A DNA stretch of 63,817 bases, filler included, from Octopus bimaculoides (taxonomy: Eukaryota), in assembly GCF_001194135.2 (NCBI RefSeq). It is 4 parts of 4 records of this genome, joined end to end, with 100 filler letters (N's around TTAATTAATTAA, not from the genome) between each part and the next. Parts side by side here need not be neighbours in the genome. Positions count along the whole stretch, not along the records: positions 1 to 19,899 come from NC_069001.1; positions 20,000 to 50,334 come from NC_068986.1; 2 more parts are not named here. One strand, 5' to 3'. The translations under genes were made by a program, and so were the position numbers. This document shows, in pieces, positions 13,060 through 24,780 of the stretch. The notes under the pieces were generated by a model that ran no database searches, had not been told where the DNA came from, and saw nothing but the letters and a program-made list of their open reading frames with translations. Each line of letters begins with the position of its first letter. Within the stretch, counting starts at the first letter, position 1.

Positions 13060-13480
13060 TAGGGGTAGCTTTGTGGTAAGAAGTTTGCTTCCCAACCACA
13101 TGGTTCCTGGTTCAGTCCCACTGCATGGCACCTTGGACAAATGTCTTCCACAGTTTTTTGTGGACCAAAGTTTCTGGTGGACCAAAGCCTTGTGAGCGGA
13201 TTTGGTAGATGGAAACTGAAAGAACCAAGTCACATGTGTGTGTGTGTGTGTGTGTTTGTATCTACATGTCTTTGTGTCTATGTTTATTCCCCACCACCAC
13301 TTCACAATCACTGATGTCGTGTTTATGTCCCTATAACTTAGCAGTTTGGCAAAGGAGACCAATAAAGTACCAGGCTCAGAAAAAAAAAAGAAAAAGTAAT
13401 GGGGTCAATTTATTTGACTAAAATTCCTCAAGGTAGTGCCCCAGCATGGCCACAAGTTTAATGACAAACAAGTAAAAGAT
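13060..13480 (+). mobile_element. tRNA-derived SINE, dominant family (full length)
   Basis: tRNA-like head (TGTGGTAAG...GGTTCAGTCCC), body GGAAACTGAAAGAA, (TG)n, and tail GGTGCCCCAGCATGGCC. Confidence 0.85.
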
Positions 13481-14687
13481 AAGAAAAAAAAAATTCAACC
13501 TGAAATCACACCCTGTCATCTTAAAAAAAAGAAAAGAACGACACACTGGAGGATAATGGTCCTAGATACATTGTGCCAGAATAAAACTGCAAATGCAATC
13601 CTGACCCATGGCTAAACGTAGGAGTCCCTGTGCTCAAGCTGCTAGATACAGCAGCCAAATCTTCCTGTTTACATGTACTTCCTATGTACAAGCCTGTGGT
13701 CTCTATTTTAAAGAAAGTTTGCTGCTGCTGCTGTTACTACTATAACCACCATGACCACCACCAAAACACTGAGCAGGTTGTGGGGCTGATTTATAATCCT
13801 TTATCTAGTTTGGTTGGTCCTTATTAGGGAGTCTGTTAAGGGAGTTTAAGCTGCTACACTGAGCAAGTCAATCAACTACATAGAAGCTCTCTTGAGGGAG
13901 AATCCACTGATATATTGTACGGGTCAATTAATTTACATTGAAATCACATCACCCAAATGATGATGATGATGAGTGATGATGAGTGATGATGCAGATAATT
14001 GTGGTGACGAAGGCAGTGATGAGGTTGGTGATGAATGATGATGGCGGTTGGGTAGTGGTGGCAGTGGGTGGAAATTGGCAGAGCTAGAGGTGGTGGGGCA
14101 GGGTGGAGATGATGATGATGATTATAGTAATGATGACAACATAATAGTAAGAATGATGATGACAATGATGATGATAATGATTGGTAGTGGTAATGATGAC
14201 AGCAACTATAAAGCTGAATTTTAATTAGTAAGCTAATTTGTGAGACTCAGTGGGTGGTAATGGTGGTGGCGAGGGTAGGGCTAGTGGCACTGCCTGTGGG
14301 GGGGGGGTCTCTGTGTTGTTTTTATTTGGTTTCAACTCTTGTATTTAATTAGGAACCAAAACACATGGTGTGCCTCATTCCAGAGAATGCCAAGAGTCAG
14401 AATTTCATTGAGAATTTTTTCAACCGAGGAACGGTGCCAGCTAATAAAACCTGTCAATTAGTAATTCAGGTATTATATACAGTTATCTTCACCATCACCA
14501 TCGTCACTTAACATCTGCCTTGGGCATGCCTCACAGCAGCTTGCTACTTGTCACGGCCCTTGGTCATCTGGCACACACACACACAAAGCACCAGTTAAAC
14601 TCTGATGTTGCATAGTTATGTATTTTAACTTTTATTTTCATAGATGGATGCTTGGTCCAAATCTTTTTACTTTACAGCAGGAATTAG

Positions 14688-14880
14688 GAGCTCTTTATCT
14701 ACAAATGTGAGGCTCCTATCTCCAATCCTGTGGGGGCCCTATCTACAAACCCATGTTACCTATCCACAAGCCCTTTGGCTCCTATTTACATGTAATCTAT
14801 TTACAGATATGCTGCCCCTATTTAAACTTGTGTCCTCTATTCACAAACCTATGGCTCCTATTTTACAGACAGTTTGTTGT
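14688..14880 (+). repeat. Degenerate ~21-bp minisatellite (GCTCCTATYTACA motif)
   Basis: Recurring CCTAT[CT]TACA words. Confidence 0.6.
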
Positions 14881-14986
14881 GGAAATGTTTACCACCCCTG
14901 CCACAATGGACTCTGCACATGGAGGCTGATGTTTATTTTACAACAATCGTGTAATGTCAAGACTAAGAGATGCAAAAACTAACACA

Positions 14987-15022
<36 letters not shown>

Positions 15023-15149
15023 TGTGTGTGTGTGCAGATATGGATATATATATACACACATATATATATTGTGTGTGTGTGTGTAACTTAATTTAGGTGT
15101 TTTATTTTTTTCCTCCTTGCTTTCCCTTTCTCAATCTGCTTTCTTTCTT

Positions 15150-15295
15150 TACTCCTTTTTATAGAAGGGCATAGGTTCGAAATGTCAAAAACTCTTCAAT
15201 TTTTCCTGAGTGTCAAACTAATAAACCTTTTTTTTTTTTTTTGTGGTTCCCTGACCTGTCTGTCTTTTGCTTTTTGTACAATTTTGAACTATACC
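15150..15295 (+). mobile_element. CpG-decayed copy of the short PLE-type terminal repeat
   Basis: GAAGGGCATAGGTTCGAAATGTCAAAAC...CCTGAGTGTCAAACTAATA aligns to the 28.1 and 51.5 kb copies, with CG changed to TG/CA. Confidence 0.5.
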
Positions 15296-17288
15296 CCTGC
15301 CCAACATACATAACTTTCTTTCCATTTCCATTCTAAGGGTCCGGTAGGGCTGTGGCTACAGCAGAAAATACTTGTTGAAGGTGCCGTGCAATGGGATAGA
15401 ACTCAAAACCATGTGGCTGGAAAGCAAACTAAGCGTAAGTTATGTTTCTCAGTATTGACAACACGATATCTGACTCATACATATTTGAATCCTGACACAG
15501 ATTTTTATGTACATACGCTTGAAATAGGAATGGGATATTTAAATCAATATTTATAAGAGAGATCACAATTTATCTAAACATTTAGCAACTCACATAGTGC
15601 CTACTTGATTGCTTGATATCTGGCACACCCGTTGCTGTGGTGCTTACAATGCCCTTAAGGGACATGGCTTACCACCCAGGTTAAAGACTCCCACTGTTAG
15701 ACATGAGTGTCAGAAGAGGAAAATGGGATCTTGTGACATTCATGCCTTTCTCTCTTTAAACAATGAATGTGAAGAAGTGACCGAGAAATAGTTTCCAGAC
15801 AGCAACAAATTGGAATCAGGTTACCAAAGTTGAATAAAGACAAGTTGACTGACCGATACTGGCCACTTGCTTGCATACAGGAGATTGTTGGGGGGGGGGG
15901 AGAATGGGGAAAGAGAGATTGAAGAAAGAAAGAAATAAAACAAGATAAAGAAAAATNNNNNNNNNNNNNNNNNNNNNNNNNNNNNNNNNNNNNNNNNNNN
16001 NNNNNNNNNNNNNNNNNNNNNNNNNNNNNNNNNNNNNNNNNNNNNNNNNNNNNNNNNNNNNNNNNNNNNNNNNNNNNNNNNNNNNNNNNNNNNNNNNNNN
16101 NNNNNNNNNNNNNNNNNNNNNNNNNNNNNNNNNNNNNNNNNNNNNNNNNNNNNNNNNNNNNNNNNNNNNNNNNNNNNNNNNNNNNNNNNNNNNNNNNNNN
16201 NNNNNNNNNNNNNNNNNNNNNNNNNNNNNNNNNNNNNNNNNNNNNNNNNNNNNNNNNNNNNNNNNNNNNNNNNNNNNNNNNNNNNNNNNNNNNNNNNNNN
16301 NNNNNNNNNNNNNNNNNNNNNNNNNNNNNNNNNNNNNNNNNNNNNNNNNNNNNNNNNNNNNNNNNNNNNNNNNNNNNNNNNNNNNNNNNNNNNNNNNNNN
16401 NNNNNNNNNNNNNNNNNNNNNNNNNNNNNNNNNNNNNNNNNNNNNNNNNNNNNNNNNNNNNNNNNNNNNNNNNNNNNNNNNNNNNNNNNNNNNNNNNNNN
16501 NNNNNNNNNNNNNNNNNNNNNNNNNNNNNNNNNNNNNNNNNNNNNNNNNNNNNNNNNNNNNNNNNNNNNNNNNNNNNNNNNNNNNNNNNNNNNNNNNNNN
16601 NNNNNNNNNNNNNNNNNNNNNNNNNNNNNNNNNNNNNNNNNNNNNNNNNNNNNNNNNNNNNNNNNNNNNNNNNNNNNNNNNNNNNNNNNNNNNNNNNNNN
16701 NNNATATATACACATATACAAAAAGTATTTAAAAAAACATGTTTCCATACATAAAAACGCATGTATGTAAATGAGAGAGAGAGAGAGTGGGGTGGGTACG
16801 CATGTGTGCACATGGGAGTGTGTGATTGTGTGTGCGTGAGAAAGACTGTGTGTGTGTGACTGTGTGTGTGTGTGTGTGTGAAAGAGAGAAAGAGAGGGTG
16901 TGTGATAAATTGCTGAGCAATGTTGGGTCAGCTCTGCACTAACTAACCTTTGGCACAGAGATAACCAATCGAATGCTTTGGATCAACTAGCTTTGGCCAG
17001 CATCTCGGGTGTGTGAGGAGGAGAGAGAGAGAGAGAGAGAGAGAGACGAGAGAAGAGAAAGAGATGAGGGAAAGAGAGAGAGAGAAGGAAAGAGAGAGAA
17101 GAGGGAACGAGAAGAGAGAAAGAAGAGAAAGAATATCACAAGATGTTTACATGTATTTACTTACATGTATGTACCTATGCAATGTGAAAGAGAGAGAGAG
17201 AGAGGGGGGGGAGTATCAGTGTGTTTAGACGTGTGTGTTGGCATACACACACACGTCTAAACATGTGTGTGTATGCAGTCATGCTTAT

Positions 17289-17485
17289 GTTCGCTTGTTT
17301 GTTATTGTCCTCATTTTATCTTCTGTCCATTGTCTAGAAATCTTTCATCACACATCTGTGACCTGTTCAGCAACTCTTCCATCCATGTGTTTCCTCCTGT
17401 TCTGAAGAGGTCACAGATGTGTGACAAAAGATTTCCAGACAATGGACAGAAGATAAAATAAGCACAATAATAAACAAGTGAAGAA
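17289..17485. repeat. Near-perfect foldback (58-bp core arms, 31-nt loop)
   Basis: 17313-17370 versus the reverse complement of 17402-17459 gives 54/58 identity, extending ~25 bp further imperfectly. Confidence 0.9.
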
Positions 17486-17535
17486 CGATTTATATGGTGC
17501 AGGTGTTTATTTGGCAAGAAAAAAAAAGACCATCC

Positions 17536-17622
<87 letters not shown>

Positions 17623-18019
17623 NNNNNNNNNNNNNNNNNNNNNNNNNNNNNNNNNNNNNNNNNNNNNNNNNNNNNNNNNNNNNNNNNNNNNNNNNNNNNN
17701 NNNNNNNNNNNNNNNNNNNNNNNNNNNNNNNNNNNNNNNNNNNNNNNNNNNNNNNNNNNNNNNNNNNNNNNNNNNNNNNNNNNNNNNNNNNNNNNNNNNN
17801 NNNNNNNNNNNNNNNNNNNNNNNNNNNNNNNNNNNNNNNNNNNNNNNNNNNNNNNNNNNNNNNNNNNNNNNNNNNNNNNNNNNNNNNNNNNNNNNNNNNN
17901 NNNNNNNNNNNNNNNNNNNNNNNNNNNNNNNNNNNNNNNNNNNNNNNNNNNNNNNNNNNNNNNNNNNNNNNNNNNNNNNNNNNNNNNNNNNNNNNNNNNN
18001 NNNNNNNNNNNNNNNNNNN

Positions 18020-18088
18020 NACTATAGCTTTGGGCCAACCAAAGCCTTGTAAATGGATATGGTAGACAGAAACTGAAAGAAGCCTGTC

Positions 18089-18120
<32 letters not shown>

Positions 18121-18265
18121 ATGTATTTGTGTGTCTTTGTTTGCCCCCCCCCCACCATTGCTTGACAACCGATGTTGGTGTGCTTATGTCTCTGTAACTT
18201 AGCGGTTTGGCAAGAGAGGCCGACAAAATAAGTACTAGGCTTACAAAGAATAAGTCCTGGGGTCA
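18020..18265 (+). mobile_element. SINE, dominant family (5' lost in gap)
   Basis: Consensus body and tail motifs. Confidence 0.75.
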
Positions 18266-18269
18266 ATTT

Positions 18270-18410
18270 GTTTGTGGGGTAAGTTGATTACATCAACCCC
18301 CACAAAGGACGAGAGGTAAAATCGGCCTCAGTAGCATTTGAACTCAGATCATAAAGACCAACAAAGTACCATCAAGCATCTCATCCAGCATGTTTAACCA
18401 TTCTGCCAGT
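18270..18410 (-). mobile_element. Second SINE family, degenerate
   Basis: CCCACAAAGGACGAGAGGTAAAATCGGCCTCAGTAGCATTTGAACTC. Confidence 0.55.
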
Positions 18411-18609
18411 TCGTAGAATCATTAGTGCACCAGACTAAATTAGGATGATGATGATGGTGGTGATGATGATGGTGATGAAGCTTGTGGAACTGATGGCGGT
18501 GGTGGTGCTGTTTGAGGAGTCAGTGATGGTGGTAGTGGTGATTGATGGTCGTATTGAGACTTGTAATAGTAACAATGACAGTCATTATGATTGTGATGAT
18601 GATGGTGAC

Positions 18610-18657
<48 letters not shown>

Positions 18658-18828
18658 TGTAGTTATTATTATTTTAGTGGTGGCCATGATAGCGTACCAT
18701 TAAATTCAGTAAGGAAATGTCACTGTTTTCTTTCAGGTGGAGGGAGCAGCAGCTATCAATGGCCCCCACCACCACATCCTGCCACCAATCCATTCCACCT
18801 TCCCCCCTGCTGTTGTTGAATAAAGAAT

Positions 18829-18865
<37 letters not shown>

Positions 18866-19256
18866 NNNNNNNNNNNNNNNNNNNNNNNNNNNNNNNNNNN
18901 NNNNNNNNNNNNNNNNNNNNNNNNNNNNNNNNNNNNNNNNNNNNNNNNNNNNNNNNNNNNNNNNNNNNNNNNNNNNNNNNNNNNNNNNNNNNNNNNNNNN
19001 NNNNNNNNNNNNNNNNNNNNNNNNNNNNNNNNNNNNNNNNNNNNNNNNNNNNNNNNNNNNNNNNNNNNNNNNNNNNNNNNNNNNNNNNNNNNNNNNNNNN
19101 NNNNNNNNNNNNNNNNNNNNNNNNNNNNNNNNNNNNNNNNNNNNNNNNNNNNNNNNNNNNNNNNNNNNNNNNNNNNNNNNNNNNNNNNNNNNNNNNNNNN
19201 NNNNNNNNNNNNNNNNNNNNNNNNNNNNNNNNNNNNNNNNNNNNNNNNNNNNNNNN

Positions 19257-19293
<37 letters not shown>

Positions 19294-19742
19294 AAACAAC
19301 AACAATTTGACAGAAAACTGGTTGAACAAGAAGTCTTGTAATAAGCAGCAGATCAATGGATGGTTTGAAATATTCAATTTCACAGACAATGCAATCAACA
19401 ATGATAAAATGATTGCTTTAATAAGCAGCATACTTTGAACAATGATCAGCCAACTCTTTTGCATGCTACATGTGTGTACGTGTGTGTGTTTGTGTACACA
19501 CACACATATATATATATCCATACCTCTCTATATAAGTACACACACGTGTGTGTGTGTATGCAAATGTATTAATGAGATGAAGTGACAGGTATTATTACAT
19601 CCATAGGCGTTCATACGTGCAAGCATGTAACTATATAAACACATGCACGCACACAGACATGCGTGTGCACACAAACATATATATGGAACAAAAGATGTAC
19701 ATTATGCAAACATACACAGCAACACATGCATACATATACATA

Positions 19743-19778
<36 letters not shown>

Positions 19779-20036
19779 TATATATGTGTAAGAATACATA
19801 CTTTGACAGATGTTGGAGCTGCAGAACAACAACAGTGTTCGGGAGAAAAGTCCGATAACAAATGTACATATATCACATCAACAGGTACTTGAAGATTAGN
19901 NNNNNNNNNNNNNNNNNNNNNNNNNNNNNNNNNNNNNNNNNNNTTAATTAATTAANNNNNNNNNNNNNNNNNNNNNNNNNNNNNNNNNNNNNNNNNNNNT
20001 ATATAAAGAGTGAGACAGATAGATAGAGAGAGAGGG

Positions 20037-20079
<43 letters not shown>

Positions 20080-20274
20080 GGACAGTTAGAGAGACAGAGA
20101 GAGGGACAGAGAGAGAGAGAGAAAAAGAGAGAGAATTTGAAGCTTGTAACGAAAAGAAGAAAACAGTGCCCAATAAATACAGTAGACTATTTATCTATTT
20201 GATTCTTATGTATTTATTTAACTCTTAAACTTTCGCGTTATATACATACATGCATACATACATACATACATACA

Positions 20275-20305
<31 letters not shown>

Positions 20306-20329
20306 TTCTTCCACTAATTACACCCATTG

Positions 20330-21415
20330 AACTGCGGGCATATTGGGGCACCGCCTTATGGTTTTAAGTCGAGCAAATAGATCACAGTACGTATTTTTGT
20401 AAAAACTTGTACTTATTGAATTGGACGAACAAAGAAGTCACGGGGCCGTAAACAGACCAATATCGGTTGTCAAGCGATGATGGGGGACAAACACTCACAC
20501 ACAGACGTGCGCGCGCGCACACACACACACACAAACATGTACACACACAGACACACACGCATGCATATACATCCATGTATATATATAATATATGTATACA
20601 AGCATCAATACACACACATTCATATATATATATGATGGGAAAAGTTTGGAGTCAGCAAGGAGGAGTACGGTTGGACATTTATTTTTAAAGCACTACAATT
20701 ATTTCCTCGTAGTTCTCCGGGCATGCAGGTACTTGATTATGCAACTATTTCTCTGCATCATGAGATCTACTTGTATTTCCTTAGGCGATATGTAGATATT
20801 GTATATATATACGTACTTGTGTGTCCGTATTCCCCCCCCCCCCCTTCCACCACCACAGCATCGCTTGACAACCTTTACTGGTGTGTTTACGTCCACGTAA
20901 CATTAGCTGTTCGGAAAAAGAGACCGACGGAATAACTATTAATCTTACAAAGAATAAATCCTGGGATCGATTTTTTCGACTAAAGGTGGTGCTCTTGTGT
21001 TATGTCTCAATACTACAGAATGGCTGAGAGAGCATCTCATCCTCGTCGCCACTGTTATGTCTCAAGCTACTGCTATCTAGCACCTTCGGATGATCTCTAC
21101 TCAACAGCTACTCAACACTCCTACAGCGGCCAGACTACCTCTATTTATATGTCTTGGGAGATCCTACTTCTTCGCCTGGGGGGGGGGGGCGACACAACAT
21201 CTAGCATTGCCGCAGTCAAATGACTGAAACAAGTGAAAGAATATATATATGTACATACACACGGAGACTTGTTTCAGTTTCCGTCTACCATATCCAGTCG
21301 CAAAGCTTTGGTCCTCCCTAGGCTATAATAGAAGACACTCGCCTATGGTGTCACACAGTGGAACTAGACCCGGGACTATGTGGTTTGGAAGTGGACTTCT
21401 TACTACAGAGCCACG
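20330..21415. mobile_element. Cluster of SINE halves: minus 20330-20490, plus 20830-21240 (hosts the solo LTR), minus 21265-21415
   Basis: Consensus motifs in both orientations. Confidence 0.75.
20998..21199 (-). mobile_element. Solo LTR (202 bp) inserted into a SINE
   Basis: TG...CA ends with a 9-bp imperfect IR (TGTTATGTC / GACACAACA) and a 5-bp TSD TCTTG/TCTAG splitting the SINE motif GGTGCTCCAGCAT. TATAAATA lies on the minus strand. Confidence 0.7.
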
Positions 21416-23114
21416 CCTCCGCAGAAGTCGCAGAGTGACTCAAGAGTTGAGATTATCGTGCATTAGCACTAGATCTGATTAAAGCATGATCATGACTTTT
21501 CTATCTTTACAATGATTGAGGACTGAGGATGATTGTTACAGGATGATTATATTTTCCGGTTGCGTACAGTCATGAATCGTAACTATACAGAGTAAAATTG
21601 AAGAGAAAGGCTTAACAATATCGACATTAATGTGAGAGAAAATGGGTACACCATGTGCCTAAAACCCTACATTATAAGCTTACTTTCATATAGCACTTGC
21701 GATATTGTGCTTGAATCTTACATTAAGGATTTCTTTCACGGTAACATTGAGAAGGTTTAAAACATACGAGGTCAAACCAATCTCCAATAAAGTAAAATGC
21801 TGAGAGTTTTGATTTTCAATCACGCCAATTAGAAAAGTATTTACTGGCCGCTTCAGTTTCTTTTCTCTCATCGGAAAATGGCTTTAGATCAGAATCCTGT
21901 TTATATACTTAATGTACAGTTTTAATATAGTTTTTAAAATTTTATATGTTTGTATATCATAGCAATTCCATATCCCTTCCACTGGATCGGACATAGGAAA
22001 AATGTAAACGGCATTTAAGAGGTAAAGATTTCAGAAATGATCCCAATTGTCATAGATAGTGCATGGTAAAACTGAAACCATGCTTAAAAAATTCGACTTC
22101 AAAAATAGTGTTTCGATGTATCTCTTCATGCCAGAAAATAAAAAAAAAGAAAAGAAAAATATGAAACAAACAACTGCAAAAAATATATTTCGAAAATCAC
22201 TTTTTATTCAACTATGTTCATACACGTCCCGTAATATTTTTGCAAGATTAATGAGCTATTTCCCGGCATGCACAGTATTAATGAACTGTAATAATTAATG
22301 GGTTGTTTTAGCGAATTATTAAGCAGTGCACACATTTGTTATGAATAACCTTATCTGGTATATTTCATNNNNNNNNNNNNNNNNNNNNNNNNNNNNNNNN
22401 NNNNNNNNNNNNNNNNNNNNNNNNNNNNNNNNNNNNNNNNNNNNNNNNNNNNNNNNNNNNNNNNNNNNNNNNNNNNNNNNNNNNNNNNNNNNNNNNNNNN
22501 NNNNNNNNNNNNNNNNNNNNNNNNNNNNNNNNNNNNNNNNNNNNNNNNNNNNNNNNNNNNNNNNNNNNNNNNNNNNNNNNNNNNNNNNNNNNNNNNNNNN
22601 NNNNNNNNNNNNNNNNNNNNNNNNNNNNNNNNNNNNNNNNNNNNNNNNNNNNNNNNNNNNNNNNNNNNNNNNNNNNNNNNNNNNNNNNNNNNNNNNNNNN
22701 NNNNNNNNNNNNNNNNNNNNNNNNNNNNNNNNNNNNNNNNNNNNNNNNNNNNNNNNNNNNNNNNNNNNNNNNNNNNNNNNNNNNNNNNNNNNNNNNNNNN
22801 NNNNNNNNNNNNNNNNNNNNNNNNNNNNNNNNNNNNNNNNNNNNNNNNNNNNNNNNNNATATATATATATATACAGCAGCATAGAGGTATGTATGTATCC
22901 ATATATTTATGTGTATATATACGGATGGTAAGTTATTTTGTATGTGTATACAAATTACTTTCCCCTCTATCACTCTATTCATATCCATCTATTTCTCTCC
23001 CATATATATATATACACACACGTAAAATGCACATTTATATCAATATTTTGAATGTTATGTAAATTTGTGTGCTAATGGTATACACACGCGCGCGCACACA
23101 CGTACAAGAACACT

Positions 23115-23160
<46 letters not shown>

Positions 23161-23404
23161 CGTATATGTATATATATATATATATTTATATACATATATA
23201 TATAAATATATATATATTTATATATATCATATATGTATGTGCGTATGTATGTATACATGGTTTTGTGTATGTCTAGTATTAAAAATTTATTGATATTGTG
23301 CTGTATCGATTGATTTCATTACTTGAGGTGAAAATCATATACAATTATATGATGCTGTCCGTATATTACACACACACACATACAGATATATACTCATTTT
23401 TATA

Positions 23405-23450
<46 letters not shown>

Positions 23451-24741
23451 NNNNNNNNNNNNNNNNNNNNNNNNNNNNNNNNNNNNNNNNNNNNNNNNNN
23501 NNNNNNNNNNNNNNNNNNNNNNNNNNNNNNNNNNNNNNNNNNNNNNNNNNNNNNNNNNNNNNNNNNNNNNNNNNNNNNNNNNNNNNNNNNNNNNNNNNNN
23601 NNNNNNNNNNNNNNNNNNNNNNNNNNNNNNNNNNNNNNNNNNNNNNNNNNNNNNNNNNNNNNNNNNNNNNNNNNNNNNNNNNNNNNNNNNNNNNNNNNNN
23701 NNNNNNNNNNNNNNNNNNNNNNNNNNNNNNNNNNNNNNNNNNNNNNNNNNNNNNNNNNNNNNNNNNNNNNNNNNNNNNNNNNNNNNNNNNNNNNNNNNNN
23801 NNNNNNNNNNNNNNNNNNNNNNNNNNNNNNNNNNNNNNNNNNNNNNNNNNNNNNNNNNNNNNNNNNNNNNNNNNNNNNNNNNNNNNNNNNNNNNNNNNNN
23901 NNNNNNNNNNNNNNNNNNNNNNNNNNNNNNNNNNNNNNNNNNNNNNNNNNNNNNNNNNNNNNNNNNNNNNNNNNNNNNNNNNNNNNNNNNNNNNNNNNNN
24001 NNNNNNNNNNNNNNNNNNNNNNNNNNNNNNNNNNNNNNNNNNNNNNNNNNNNNNNNNNNNNNNNNNNNNNNNNNNNNNNNNNNNNNNNNNNNNNNNNNNN
24101 NNNNNNNNNNNNNNNNNNNNNNNNNNNNNNNNNNNNNNNNNNNNNNNNNNNNNNNNNNNNNNNNNNNNNNNNNNNNNNNNNNNNNNNNNNNNNNNNNNNN
24201 NNNNNNNNNNNNNNNNNNNNNNNNNNNNNNNNNNNNNNNNNNNNNNNNNNNNNNNNNNNNNNNNNNNNNNNNNNNNNNNNNNNNNNNNNNNNNNNNNNNN
24301 NNNNNNNNNNNNNNNNNNNNNNNNNNNNNNNNNNNNNNNNNNNNNNNNNNNNNNNNNNNNNNNNNNNNNNNNNNNNNNNNNNNNNNNNNNNNNNNNNNNN
24401 NNNNNNNNNNNNNNNNTTGAAAAGCAGCATTACCTCTATTGTCATCGCATCGTATTATCTTATGAGAATTTATCCTCCAGCAAAAAAAAAAAAAAGAAGA
24501 AATTATTATATTGAATGACTGAATCTATATACTAAACAAAATGGTTTGTAATTATTGAGGAAACTATAAAGTATTGTACTAGTTAATGTTTTGCTATATT
24601 ATGTGTTAAAGTGTTAAAAGCTTCCTGAATGAAAATGGTGTAGTACAAGGAGCATGTATATAGTGCAACCACGTGTGCGTTTATCAATTTCCTATTGTCG
24701 GCGTCTACTATATTTACATTAATCTAAAAACACAAAACTAC

Positions 24742-24780
<39 letters not shown>

